Program-made: the position numbers and the translations under genes
NCBI GenBank assembly: GCA_041485695.1
Contig: JBGPJZ010000001.1
Span: 129,316 to 193,315 of the forward strand
Source of the DNA: Minisyncoccia bacterium
Lineage (GTDB): Bacteria > Patescibacteriota > Minisyncoccia > Phycocordibacterales > Phycocordibacteraceae
Direction of reading: 5' to 3'
DNA length: 64,000 bases
Shown here: positions 18,354-28,139 of the stretch, piece by piece
How the letters are laid out: every line of letters begins with the position of its first letter
Numbering within the stretch: the stretch's first letter is position 1
Notes under the pieces: model-generated
The model's input: the letters and a program-made list of their open reading frames with translations, nothing else
Database searches by the model: none
Told to the model about the DNA's origin: nothing

Positions 18354-19171
18354 TCAGTCTCGCTCTTGCCTTCAGGCACGACGCGTTCGATGACGAACAC
18401 GCCGTGCTCGTATCGCGCTTTCGTCACTTTGATGCGTCCGCCAGCTGGCGGAGCCGTAAAAAAATAGACACCAGGCCACTCGGCATACGCTCGATATTTA
18501 TTCCAATTCTCTCGCGCCGGGGCGCCAAGCTCGAGGAGGCCGTCTTCTTTTTTGATTTTGCCTGCTCGCGTGGCGGCCGTATGGTCTTGAGGTATTGGGG
18601 TAATTTCGCCTTGCTCAAAAGAATGGAGGAGATTCACGAGGAGAGACGCCCCAGTCGCGATAAGTCTGGGCTTTAACTCTTTAGAGGTTTCGTTACTGCC
18701 TATCGGTACCTCTTCTTGCGCAAGGATATCGCCGGCATCCATCTCAAATGCCATCTGCTGGATAGTGACACCGGTAACCTTCTCGCCCTTTAAGAGCGCG
18801 GTCTCGACAGGGGAGGCACCGCGATACTTCGGGAGGAGGGAATAGTGCACGTTCACCGCGCCCAGGGGGAAGGCGTCAATTAAGGCTTGGGGGAAGATTT
18901 TGCCGTAAGCGACCACGATTGCGTACGCGCATCCGTATTGTTGGATGCTCGCGATAGCGGCCGCATCGAGCTTCTCCGGCGTCAGCACCGGGATGCCTTT
19001 TTCAAGCGCGAGCGCCTTTGTCTCTGATGACGTCATGACGTGGCCGCGCCCGCGAGGTGCATCTGGGTTCGTGATGACAAGCGAGGGCACGAAGCCGTGC
19101 TCGATCAATTTCGCGAGCGTGTCGCGCGCGACGTACGGCGTGCCGAAAAAAGCGAACTTACGCGGGTTCAT
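18323..19171 (-). CDS. fmt: Methionyl-tRNA formyltransferase
   Basis: FFGTP, VVAYGKI, NVHYSLLPKYRGASP, MDAGD. Confidence 0.95.
   Translation of the reverse strand: MNPRKFAFFGTPYVARDTLAKLIEHGFVPSLVITNPDAPRGRGHVMTSSETKALALEKGIPVLTPEKLDAAAIASIQQYGCAYAIVVAYGKIFPQALIDAFPLGAVNVHYSLLPKYRGASPVETALLKGEKVTGVTIQQMAFEMDAGDILAQEEVPIGSNETSKELKPRLIATGASLLVNLLHSFEQGEITPIPQDHTAATRAGKIKKEDGLLELGAPARENWNKYRAYAEWPGVYFFTAPPAGGRIKVTKARYEHGVFVIERVVPEGKSETDYIPGARAPK
18437..18452. repeat. Perfect palindrome TCCGCCAGCTGGCGGA inside fmt (encodes PPAGG)
   Basis: 16-bp self-complementary sequence in the C-terminal domain. Confidence 0.55.
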
Positions 19172-19694
19172 TTTTGTGCGAAAGTTCTAACAGGTTCGTC
19201 GCGTGGTCGGTAAACAAAATGCCGTTTAAGTGGTCGACTTCATGCTGGAAGATTTGCGCCAAGAGGCCGCTCGCGCCGCGCTCGAACTTTGAGCCGTCGG
19301 GGCGCCGAGCGCGCACGGTCGCGCGTTCTGCCCGCTTCGTAGTGCCGTACATCCCGCGCACCGAAAGGCACCCCTCATCTGATTCTTGCTTCTTGCGGGA
19401 GCGGCGGATGATTTCGGGATTAATATACACGTCAACCTGAGCCGGCCGCTCGGGCGGCTTCTCACCCTCTTTCACGTGCGGCGGCGGGAGGGTGCGGTCG
19501 ATACGCACGATGAAGAGGCGCCACGAGACGTCGACTTGGGGCGCAGCGAGCGCAACCCCGTCTGGCTCTGCATCCAGGGCTTCGGCCATATCGGCGACCA
19601 AACGAAAAAGCTCGGCAGAGCCGAAGAGCTTTTCAGGGACGGCCTTCGCCTCCTTGCGGAGTACGGGGTCGCCATCTTGGACGATTGTTTTCAT
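19158..19694 (-). CDS. def: Peptide deformylase
   Basis: GVALAAPQ, EGCLS, QHEVDHL. Confidence 0.95.
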   Translation of the reverse strand: MKTIVQDGDPVLRKEAKAVPEKLFGSAELFRLVADMAEALDAEPDGVALAAPQVDVSWRLFIVRIDRTLPPPHVKEGEKPPERPAQVDVYINPEIIRRSRKKQESDEGCLSVRGMYGTTKRAERATVRARRPDGSKFERGASGLLAQIFQHEVDHLNGILFTDHATNLLELSHKNEPA

Positions 19695-19716
19695 GCGAAT
19701 GTAGGAAGACTATAAC

Positions 19717-19847
19717 AAAAAAACGCCCCATCAGAGATGGAGCGCGCTTACTGGAAAAACCAATGAAAGAGCGGGGAGCGAGCCGCATTGAACCGACCGT
19801 CACGAGGGGGGCCGAAAGTTGGTCAGAACCGCGGCTCGCTCATACCC
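19717..19847 (-). ncRNA. Candidate structured small RNA or attenuator upstream of def-fmt
   Basis: TTGACA-17-TACTGT promoter (19882-19854), an 11-bp perfect stem (19841-19831 with 19786-19776), then a terminator hairpin and U7. Confidence 0.55.
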
Positions 19848-19878
19848 ATAGCAACAGTAAGCCAAGCCGGCTTTTTTG

Positions 19879-20154
19879 TCAAGACCTGTCTAGGTGCTTC
19901 TTCGGGTCGACCTCCCACCAGAATTTCTTGCTGAAGTTCTTCGCCCTGCTGCAGATGCTCTGGAGATAGTAGAGGTCAGCGGTCGGTACACCCTCTAAGA
20001 TACGCCCCATGCGGCCCATGGTGACGGGCACGAGGCCGTCACGCTTTCGGGAGTAATTCAGATGCCGTACGAAAAAGCGCATCAGCTCGCCCCGCTCGGT
20101 CTTGCGGGTCTTGACTCGCTTGATTTCTGGGAGGATCTCACCGATGCGCTTCAT
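19879..20154 (-). CDS. Small basic hypothetical protein coupled to murA
   Basis: ATGA overlap with the murA stop, 91 aa. Confidence 0.7.
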   Translation of the reverse strand: MKRIGEILPEIKRVKTRKTERGELMRFFVRHLNYSRKRDGLVPVTMGRMGRILEGVPTADLYYLQSICSRAKNFSKKFWWEVDPKKHLDRS

Positions 20155-21467
20155 GAAGCTCCTGTTTCTCGTATCGAGGCGCCGAGCGCGGTCAAGCGTT
20201 CAGTCAACCCTTCGTAGCCGCGGTTGATTGTATAGACATTGTGCAAGGTCGAGGTGCCTTCGGCGGCAAGCATCGCGGCGACCAGCATCGCGCCGATGCG
20301 CAACACTGGCGGGCAGGTCACTTCAGCCGCTTTGAAACGCGTGGGGCCCGTAATCGAGATGCGGTGCGGGTCATGGAGGAGCACTGTGGCGCCGAGGCGC
20401 TCAAGTTCAGTGTAGTAAATCACGCGTTTGTCGTAGACCCAGTCGTGGAGCATGGTCGTCCCAGCGGCCTGCGTTGCAATGACCGCGAAAAAGGGGATGT
20501 TATCCATATTAAGGCCAGGATAGGGGCGCGGATGTATGCTCTCGGGGAAGGCAACGAGTTTCGAGGCGTGTATGACAAGGTCGGCAAGCCGGGTTATGCC
20601 ATTTTCAGAAAACCCGATATCGGTGCGCTCAAACACTAAACCCATCTTTTCGAGAATCGTGAGTTCGATCTCGAGAAAGGCGATAGGTACTCGACGTATC
20701 GTTATCGCCGACTGCGTCGTAATGGCGCTTGCGATGAAAAACATGCTGTCAATCGGATCTTCAGCAACACTGTAGGAGACATCGGTATTGATAGCAGTAT
20801 TGCCCGTCACCGTGAGTGTCGTAGAGCCAATGCCTTCAATCGACACTCCGAGTTTTTGTAAAAAGCCGCAGAGCTCTTGCACCTGATAATTTGCAGAGGC
20901 GTATTTAATAACACTGGTGCCCGCTATGCCTGCAGCAGCTAAGAGCGCGTTTTCAGTCCCGGTATCGCTTGATTCAAAAAGTATGACTTCGGCAGGTTTG
21001 AGCGTCTCGTGCGTCACGTGGTAGTGGTCGGTTAACGCCTCGATAGAAACACCAAAACGCTCGAGTGCGAAAAGATGCGGGCGCACCGTGCGTGTGCCCA
21101 AACTACAACCGCCTGACTGCGGGATATCAAACGTGCGTGCATGATGGAGCAAGGGACCAATGAAAAGGAGGATGCTGCGAGTTTTTTCAGCCGCGGCGCG
21201 GTCAATTGCGTCGAGCTTTAATTCTTTTGGTGGCGTGATTACGACCCTGTGATCTTCGCGCTCTACCGTTACGCCCATTGAGCGCAGTACTTCTATCAGC
21301 CGGTTCACCTCCTCGATCTTTGGCACATGCTCGAGGGTGGTCGTACCTCGGTTGACGAGGGCGGCCGCAAGGAGGGCGACCGCGCCGTTTTTAGAGCGGG
21401 AGGTCGTAACCGTGCCCGAGAGAGGCTTCCCCCCTTCGACCACGAAGCTCAAGCCTTCTTGCTTCAT
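20151..21467 (-). CDS. murA: UDP-N-acetylglucosamine 1-carboxyvinyltransferase
   Basis: SKNG, GGCSLGTR (catalytic Cys), PYPG, INRGYE. Start moved to MKQEG. Confidence 0.93.
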   Translation of the reverse strand: MKQEGLSFVVEGGKPLSGTVTTSRSKNGAVALLAAALVNRGTTTLEHVPKIEEVNRLIEVLRSMGVTVEREDHRVVITPPKELKLDAIDRAAAEKTRSILLFIGPLLHHARTFDIPQSGGCSLGTRTVRPHLFALERFGVSIEALTDHYHVTHETLKPAEVILFESSDTGTENALLAAAGIAGTSVIKYASANYQVQELCGFLQKLGVSIEGIGSTTLTVTGNTAINTDVSYSVAEDPIDSMFFIASAITTQSAITIRRVPIAFLEIELTILEKMGLVFERTDIGFSENGITRLADLVIHASKLVAFPESIHPRPYPGLNMDNIPFFAVIATQAAGTTMLHDWVYDKRVIYYTELERLGATVLLHDPHRISITGPTRFKAAEVTCPPVLRIGAMLVAAMLAAEGTSTLHNVYTINRGYEGLTERLTALGASIRETGAS

Positions 21468-21492
21468 GCTCTGTAGGGTATCATGTTCGACG

Positions 21493-22503
21493 ATGGCATT
21501 CTTTTCTCCAAAACTCGGGATCGATTTAGGGACGACCAACGTGCTTGTGTTCGTACCCGGGAAGGGTGTGGTGCTGAACGAGCCTTCGGTGGTCGCCGTT
21601 TCCGCGAGCAATAATAAGGTACTCGCGATAGGAGAGGAGGCAAAGAAGATGATTGGCCGTACGCCAGACGACATCATCGCGTATCGGCCGATGAAAGACG
21701 GCGTCATCGCCGACTACCGCGTGACCGAGGCTATGCTCCGTTACTTTATGCGTAAGGCCCTCGGGTGGAGCCCCTTCAAGCCGACCGTGCTCGTCTCGGT
21801 GCCCGCAGGCGTAACTTCGACCGAGAAGCGCGCAGTGATTGAAGCAGCGATGAAAGCGGGGGCAAAAAACGCGTACGTCGTGAAGGAGCCGATCTTGGCC
21901 GCTATCGGCGCTGGCATCCCGATTCACGAGCCGATGGGGCGCATGGTCGCCGATATCGGCGGCGGCACCATCGACGTTGCGGTGATTTCCTTAGGCGGCA
22001 TCGTCGCCTCCACTTCAGTCAAGTGCGCGGGCAACCGACTTGATAGGGCGATTATCGATTATATAAAAAAACAGCATAACCTCGCGATAGGCGACAAGAC
22101 CGCTGAAGAGGTCAAAATTAAAGTGGGCGCCGCAGTACCCATTACCCAAGAGCTCACGATGCCGGTCAAAGGCCGCGACCTCCTCTCGGGCCTCCCACGC
22201 ACGGTTGACTTGGCGACCAATGAAATCGTACAGGCGATGGGGCGCGAGCTCCGCGAGATGACGCAGGCGATACGCAAAGTCCTCCAAGAAACGCCGCCGG
22301 AACTCGCAAGCGACATCATCGACAACGGCATCATCCTCACCGGCGGCTCCTCACAGCTCCGGCAGATGCCCGAGCTCGTGTTTCGCCGTACCGGCGTCGT
22401 GGCGAAGCTCGCAACCGACCCGTACTACTGCGTCGCGCGCGGCACCGGCGTCGCCCTCAAACATTTGAGCACATACCAACGAAGCATCCTCGCCAAGCGT
22501 TAA
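21493..22503 (+). CDS. mreB: Rod shape-determining protein MreB (paralog 1)
   Basis: GIDLGTT, EPSVVA, DIGGGT, LTGG. Confidence 0.95.
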   Translation: MAFFSPKLGIDLGTTNVLVFVPGKGVVLNEPSVVAVSASNNKVLAIGEEAKKMIGRTPDDIIAYRPMKDGVIADYRVTEAMLRYFMRKALGWSPFKPTVLVSVPAGVTSTEKRAVIEAAMKAGAKNAYVVKEPILAAIGAGIPIHEPMGRMVADIGGGTIDVAVISLGGIVASTSVKCAGNRLDRAIIDYIKKQHNLAIGDKTAEEVKIKVGAAVPITQELTMPVKGRDLLSGLPRTVDLATNEIVQAMGRELREMTQAIRKVLQETPPELASDIIDNGIILTGGSSQLRQMPELVFRRTGVVAKLATDPYYCVARGTGVALKHLSTYQRSILAKR

Positions 22504-22506
22504 TTG

Positions 22507-22541
22507 AAAAGGGCTCCGCGCGAAAGCGACGGAGCCCTTTT
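22507..22541. terminator. Bidirectional terminator
   Basis: AAAAGGGCTCCG...CGGAGCCCTTTT. Confidence 0.8.
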
Positions 22542-22554
22542 AAATGGCGGAATG

Positions 22555-22949
22555 CTAGGAACCGAACCAATTGAACAAACGAAGTACATCGAGAGGGTTG
22601 GAGGTTCGATATTCGAGCCCGAACCCGCTACGGCCATGCGGCGACGGGTCCTTCCCGAGGTAGAAGTTGAAGTTGCGGCCGAAGGGCGTACCGACGACGA
22701 TTGCGGAGTGCTCGACGCCAAGACCCATTGTGTTGGTGATACCGAGACCTCGTGCGAGCGATTGTCCGAAATTGCTTACGGATGCGGGCGGGCGACTTGC
22801 CGGCTGGTACAACTCTGTAATCCACACGTCATTCGGTCGGATGGTGAGCGACCATCCGAGCGTGAGTGGAGGCATTGGGACGTAGATGTCTTCGGCAAAT
22901 GCCTGTGCGGGAATGAGGGCAAAAAGGAACAAAAAGGGCAGCTGCGCAT
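22555..22949 (-). pseudogene. Secreted hypothetical protein, probably frameshifted just after the start codon
   Basis: GGAGG SD plus ATG at 22949 is out of frame with the signal peptide LPFLFLFALIPAQAFA|E. Confidence 0.45.
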
Positions 22950-23053
22950 ATTTTCCTCCCAATATGGGCAAATCATCAATTGACTGGCCTCGCGGCATCT
23001 TCGCTCTTTTTGACCCGCTGTCAACCTCCTCTGGTGCGTATTACACTGTAGGC

Positions 23054-23731
23054 ATGACGCACCACGCGTATGTGATAGCGGGGGAGAGCGACGCGGGTAT
23101 CCAGACTGCGCTTAAGACTATTAAGAAAGAGCTTGGAATGACCGCGCTCGCGAACCCGGATGTCATCGTGCAGCGCTATGGACTCCTTGCGGTTGAGGAT
23201 GTACGGAGGATCATCGCGCTTGCACAACAGAGCCCGATTGGAGGTGACCATAAAGCGCTCATCATCGCTGCTTCGCGCATCTACCACGAAGCGCAGAACG
23301 CACTCCTGAAGCTTTTTGAGGAACCGCCTCAAGGGACCGTGCTTTTTTTAATAATCCCCGAGCTTGGCCAGCTGTTACCGACGCTTCGCTCCCGGGTCGC
23401 GGTACTCCAATCTAGTGAAGTTGGGGGGAGCGGACTCACGGAATCCGTCGCTGATTTTCTGCATGCGAGCCGAGAAGGGCGGAGCGCGATAATCAAGAAA
23501 CTCACGAGCGGCACTGACGAAGAAGAGCGTCGCGCGCTCCGCGAGGAGGCTCTTGCTCTCGTAAACGGCATCGAGCAAGCAGCGTACCGACAGTGGGGCA
23601 GGGAGCCATCGACTACGGCGCTCCTGGCCGACATCTCAATCCTACGAGGCTACCTCTACGACCGTTCAGCACCGGTGAAGATGATTCTTGAACACCTCGC
23701 TTTGACAATCTCGAAAGGGCTTGCTAAATGA
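23054..23731 (+). CDS. holB: DNA polymerase III delta' subunit (short form)
   Basis: NPD, AQNALLKLFEEPP, LLPTLRSR. Confidence 0.85.
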   Translation: MTHHAYVIAGESDAGIQTALKTIKKELGMTALANPDVIVQRYGLLAVEDVRRIIALAQQSPIGGDHKALIIAASRIYHEAQNALLKLFEEPPQGTVLFLIIPELGQLLPTLRSRVAVLQSSEVGGSGLTESVADFLHASREGRSAIIKKLTSGTDEEERRALREEALALVNGIEQAAYRQWGREPSTTALLADISILRGYLYDRSAPVKMILEHLALTISKGLAK

Positions 23732-23803
23732 TTTTTACGGTAGTATAGTCGCCCCAGGTGAGGGTGCAGCCCTCTAACTTGAACATCCAACAGGGAGGGC
23801 CAC

Positions 23804-24394
23804 ATGGCCTTACGAAAGTGTTCGGTGGGGATCGCTCTCGCATTCCTCGCTACCACGCTTGCCGGGTGCGCGGCGTTTGACCCGTATGAGGGGGTGCCTT
23901 ACGGTTCCTACAAGTTTGGCAACTCTCCGTTTACGTTGGCAGACCTTAGGGCGCAAGACGCCGCCGAGAAAGGTTGCTATCGGTGGGCCGATGAAACGAA
24001 CCCATCGGATGCGAGAATGATGCGCGCCTTCTTCGCGAACGGCTTCGCAAGCGGCGGTATCGGCGGCGGAGCAGGCACGGCGGCGGCTGAAGTGATCGTC
24101 GGCGTTTCTCTTACTGCTACGAGCGTTGCTGCGGGAGCTGCTTCATACGCCCTCGCCGCAGGATTCGTCAACGCGGGAAGCGGCCACATTTACCGGACGG
24201 TTCTCGTCCATGAAGACATACGGTATTGCAAAATGGCCGCGGCGTATGGCTTTCACTTCTTTGCTCCAAGCGACGTCGAAAAGCTGCGGCGCGGCGAAAT
24301 TAAGGAGATTCCCGTCGCAGAGCTCCCCGACAGCGTCCTCAAAGAGGCGCAGGCTGTGATTGGCGCTTTAGTTCCGCATCCGCCGGCACCCTGA
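23804..24394 (+). CDS. Hypothetical lipoprotein with Gly-zipper-like segment
   Basis: LAGC lipobox, GGGAGG SD, own promoter and terminator (24419-24455). Confidence 0.7.
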   Translation: MALRKCSVGIALAFLATTLAGCAAFDPYEGVPYGSYKFGNSPFTLADLRAQDAAEKGCYRWADETNPSDARMMRAFFANGFASGGIGGGAGTAAAEVIVGVSLTATSVAAGAASYALAAGFVNAGSGHIYRTVLVHEDIRYCKMAAAYGFHFFAPSDVEKLRRGEIKEIPVAELPDSVLKEAQAVIGALVPHPPAP

Positions 24395-24469
24395 TCCTTC
24401 GCACATACGAAACGAAGAACCGGGCGAATCGCAACTGCGATTCGCCCGGTGTTTTGTTATACTGCCCTC

Positions 24470-25021
24470 ATGTCCTACGATTTTTCAAAACTGAAGCAAA
24501 AGATTAAAGATAGCGAGGAGTGGCTTGCAAGCGAATTTACCGGAGTGCGTACCGGCCGTGCGACTCCGACCTTGCTCGATAGCGTAAAGCCCGAGGCCTA
24601 CGGTGTCCGAACCCCGCTTACCCAGCTCGCATCGGTGTCGGTTGAAGACGCCCGCACGCTCCGCGTCATCCCCTGGGACAAGTCCTTGGTAAAGGCGGTC
24701 GAGAAGGGGATCGTCGAGGCAGACCTCGGGGTCGGCACTTCGGTAGACGATATGGGGCTCCGGATAAGCTTCCCTGAACTCACCGCCGAACGGCGCACCG
24801 CACTCAAGAAAATCGCAGGCGAGAAGCTCGAACACACCAAGGTAACCCTCCGCTCGCATCGCACCGACGCCATCCATGAAATCGAAGCGGCAGAGAAAGC
24901 CGGCGGGATGGGTAAGGATGAGGTGGCACGTCTCAAAAGCGAAGTACAAAAACTCATCGACACCGGGAACGAGGCGCTCGAGAAACTCGGCGAAAAGAAA
25001 GACCTTGAAATAGCGTCATGA
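24470..25021 (+). CDS. frr: Ribosome recycling factor
   Basis: RTGRATP.LLD, PELTAERR. Confidence 0.95.
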   Translation: MSYDFSKLKQKIKDSEEWLASEFTGVRTGRATPTLLDSVKPEAYGVRTPLTQLASVSVEDARTLRVIPWDKSLVKAVEKGIVEADLGVGTSVDDMGLRISFPELTAERRTALKKIAGEKLEHTKVTLRSHRTDAIHEIEAAEKAGGMGKDEVARLKSEVQKLIDTGNEALEKLGEKKDLEIAS

Positions 25022-25821
25022 CGATTTTGGTTTTTATACTTGTTCTCGTGGTGCTCATCATTGTGCATGAGTTCGGGCATTTTGTGGTGGCAAAGCTCTC
25101 TGGCATGCGTGTTGATGAATTTGGCCTTGGCTACCCGCCGCGTGCAGCAACGATTGCGCAGGTGGGAGAGACCCGCTACACGCTCAACTGGATACCGTTC
25201 GGCGGCTTCGTAAAGATTTTTGGCGAAAACCCGCCTCCTCACGGAATCGGGCAAGCGGCAGATCCGCGCGCATTTAGCGCCCGGCCTCGCATACTGCAAG
25301 CCCTCGTGCTTCTCGCAGGCATCGCGATGAATCTCGTTCTCGCGTGGCTTATTTTCACGAGCATCCTCATGACGCCGCACTGGATTTCTGATCACGAATT
25401 CATAGGCGCCTTGCCGCTCGGCACGGCTCTCGTGCAAGGCGTCGAAGTGACCGCTCGTGTGACTGGCGCGATAGCGCTTGGGCTTGCGCACTTTTTCGTC
25501 GGGCTTTTTACCTTTTCAGCCGATCTCTCGCAGGTGACTGGGCCAATAGGCATTGCGGGCGCGGTCGGCACGGCGTCAGCACTCGGGTGGCAATCCCTCC
25601 TGTCACTCGTGGCTCTCATTTCAATCAATCTCGCGCTCATCAACCTCATCCCCATCCCGGCTCTCGACGGCGGGCGGCTTCTCTTTGTGCTTATCGAGAC
25701 AATCATTCGCCGCCCAATCAAGCCGAGCGTCGCTCAAACCGTCAATACGGCAGGCTTCGCCTTCCTCATCCTCCTCATGCTCGTCGTGACCTTCCATGAC
25801 GTTTACCGCCTTATGGCCTAG
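25018..25821 (+). CDS. rseP: M50 site-2 protease (RseP-like, no PDZ domain)
   Basis: HEFGH, PFGGFV, GPIGI, NLIPIPALDGG. Confidence 0.9.
   Translation: MTILVFILVLVVLIIVHEFGHFVVAKLSGMRVDEFGLGYPPRAATIAQVGETRYTLNWIPFGGFVKIFGENPPPHGIGQAADPRAFSARPRILQALVLLAGIAMNLVLAWLIFTSILMTPHWISDHEFIGALPLGTALVQGVEVTARVTGAIALGLAHFFVGLFTFSADLSQVTGPIGIAGAVGTASALGWQSLLSLVALISINLALINLIPIPALDGGRLLFVLIETIIRRPIKPSVAQTVNTAGFAFLILLMLVVTFHDVYRLMA
25230..25255. repeat. Palindromic micro-element in rseP (same family as cyoA/murF)
   Basis: Reverse complement reads CTTGCCCGATTCCGTGAGGAGGCGGG. Confidence 0.55.
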
Positions 25822-25838
25822 AGGTATACTCTAGGCCT

Positions 25839-27083
25839 ATGCGGCAGACACAGCTCTTCACGAAAACGAGACGCGAGGCGCCTGCGGATGAAGTCGCCAC
25901 AAACGCGCGACTCCTTATCCGCGCCGGATACGTACATAAAGAGATGGCAGGCGTCTACGATTTCCTCCCGCTCGGGTTATTAGTGCTTGAAAAGATAAAA
26001 GCGATTGTTCGGGAAGAAATGAACGCGATCGGCGGGCAAGAGATGATCATGTCGACGCTTCAGCGCAAAGAGTTGTGGGAGGTGACGGATCGTTGGGATG
26101 ATGACAAGGTCGACGTGTGGTTCAAATCGAAGCTCAAAAATAGCGTTGACGTGGGTTTCGGGTGGTCGCATGAGGAGCCGATTACCGACATGATGAAGCA
26201 GTTCATCGGCAGCTATCGAGACGTGCCGGTCTACGTCTACCAGTTCCAGACCAAACTTCGGAATGAGCTCCGAGCCAAGTCCGGCATCATGCGCGGCCGC
26301 GAATTCGTGATGAAGGATATGTACTCCTACAGCAGGGACGAGGCGAGCCACAAGGCCTTTTACGACTCGGCGATATCAGCGTACTTGCGGGTTTTTGAGC
26401 GCACTGGGCTCGGCGAGCGCACCTTCTTGACCTTCGCCTCTGGCGGCGCATTCACCGAGTTCAGCCATGAATTCCAAACAGTGTCTGACGTAGGCGAGGA
26501 CGTCATCTACCTCCATCGCGAAAAGAAGATCGCGATAAACAAAGAGGTGCTCACCACAAAGGTCGTCGAGGAGCTCGGGGTGAAGCGTAGCGATTTAGAA
26601 GAGGTGAAAGCGGTCGAAGTCGGAAACATCTTTAATTTTGGCGATGTGAAATCAAAGCAGCTCGGGCTCTCCTATAAAGATGAGCATGGGGTGGAGCAGC
26701 CGGTCATTCTCGGTTCCTATGGCATTGGCATCACGCGTCTCATGGGCACCATCGTCGAGGTTATGGCCGACGAGAAGGGGATTGTCTGGCCAGAGAGCAT
26801 TGCGCCCTTTACGTACCATCTTGTTTCTCTCGGGCAAAAGGGCGACGGAGCAGGCAGGATGGCTGATGAGCTTTATGATGCAATGACGAAGGAGGGGATG
26901 AGTGTCTTGTATGACGACCGCGACCTTCGGGCCGGAGAGAAATTTGCCGATAGCGATTTGATCGGCATCCCGTGGCGAATCGTTGTAGGTAAAGAAGCTG
27001 TAGCAAGCGGGCGGTTCGAGGTCGTGAACCGGGCAACGGGCGGGGTACAGCATCTCGGCGAGCGCGAAATACTCGCGCTCTAG
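25839..27083 (+). CDS. proS: Prolyl-tRNA synthetase (short, no editing domain)
   Basis: LLIRAGY, SHEE, RNELR.KSGIMRGREF.MKD.YS, SYGIG.TR. Confidence 0.93.
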   Translation: MRQTQLFTKTRREAPADEVATNARLLIRAGYVHKEMAGVYDFLPLGLLVLEKIKAIVREEMNAIGGQEMIMSTLQRKELWEVTDRWDDDKVDVWFKSKLKNSVDVGFGWSHEEPITDMMKQFIGSYRDVPVYVYQFQTKLRNELRAKSGIMRGREFVMKDMYSYSRDEASHKAFYDSAISAYLRVFERTGLGERTFLTFASGGAFTEFSHEFQTVSDVGEDVIYLHREKKIAINKEVLTTKVVEELGVKRSDLEEVKAVEVGNIFNFGDVKSKQLGLSYKDEHGVEQPVILGSYGIGITRLMGTIVEVMADEKGIVWPESIAPFTYHLVSLGQKGDGAGRMADELYDAMTKEGMSVLYDDRDLRAGEKFADSDLIGIPWRIVVGKEAVASGRFEVVNRATGGVQHLGEREILAL

Positions 27084-27086
27084 CCT

Positions 27087-28139
27087 ATGGCTCGGTTCTC
27101 GAAAAATTCGTTTTTCTCTTCAGACATCGGCATCGACCTGGGGACGTCTAACTCCCTTGTCTATGTTCGCGGCAAGGGCATTATCATCAATGAGCCCTCG
27201 GTGGTTGCCGTGAACGATAAAACGGGGCAGGTAGTGGCAATCGGCAAAGAAGCTAAAGTCATGCTTGGTAAGACACCTCCGCATATTCGTACCGTACAGC
27301 CCTTGTCTCATGGCGTTATCTCAGACTTCGAGGTGACCGAGGAACTCCTTACGTATCTTATAAACAAGGCTCATGGCGGCCGAGCGCGGCTCTTCGGCCC
27401 GAGGGTCGTCGTCGGCGTGCCTACGGGCGTCACGAACGTGCAGAGCCGGGCAGTACGCGATGCCGTACGGAATGCCGGTGCGCGAGAGGTGTATATACTT
27501 GAAGAACCGATTGCCGGGGCTATCGGTGCGAAGCTCCCGGTGCATGAGGCAGTGGGGACCATGGTGCTTGATATCGGCGCGGGCACCACCGACATCGCCG
27601 TCATCGCGCTCTCCGGCGCTGTCGCCTCAAAAAGCTCGCAGGTTGCCGGCGACCGGTTTAACGAGAATATCGTTGAGTTCGTGCGTAGCGAATTCAAGCT
27701 CGGTATCGGGGATCGCACCGCTGAAGATGTGAAAATTGCAATCGGCGCTGTCGTCTCCTTGCCGGAACCGCTCTCAAAAAGCGTGCGCGGTCGCGACCTC
27801 GCAACGGGCTTGCCACGCGAGGTCATGCTGACGGACACCCACATTCGCGAGGCCTTAGCGCCCTCACTCGACGCTTTGATGGACGCCATGAAAGACGTGA
27901 TCGAACGCACACCGCCCGAACTCCTCTCTGACGTCCTGGAGCGCGGGGTAACGGTGTTCGGCGGCGGCGCTTTGCTTCGCGGCCTGCCCCAGCTCCTTTC
28001 CAAGATGCTCGGCGTCCCGGTACGGGTCGCGCCCGATCCTTTGACCGCGGTCGTTCGCGGCGCAGGAGTCGCTACTGAAGACCCCGAGACGTATTCGGAT
28101 TTTTTCCTCGATGAAGAAGATATTGTTTCAGAGACGTAG
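27087..28139 (+). CDS. mreB: Rod shape-determining protein MreB (paralog 2)
   Basis: GIDLGTSN, EPSVVA, DIGAGTT, followed by mreC. Confidence 0.93.
   Translation: MARFSKNSFFSSDIGIDLGTSNSLVYVRGKGIIINEPSVVAVNDKTGQVVAIGKEAKVMLGKTPPHIRTVQPLSHGVISDFEVTEELLTYLINKAHGGRARLFGPRVVVGVPTGVTNVQSRAVRDAVRNAGAREVYILEEPIAGAIGAKLPVHEAVGTMVLDIGAGTTDIAVIALSGAVASKSSQVAGDRFNENIVEFVRSEFKLGIGDRTAEDVKIAIGAVVSLPEPLSKSVRGRDLATGLPREVMLTDTHIREALAPSLDALMDAMKDVIERTPPELLSDVLERGVTVFGGGALLRGLPQLLSKMLGVPVRVAPDPLTAVVRGAGVATEDPETYSDFFLDEEDIVSET

Noticed and set aside
21337-21707. Apparent 370-bp head-to-head overlap of murA and mreB
   Set aside because: Artefact of longest-ORF starts. The real starts (21467 minus, 21493 plus) leave a 25-bp gap.
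21493-28139. Two mreB copies as a novelty
   Set aside because: Multiple MreB paralogs are common, and both copies look intact.
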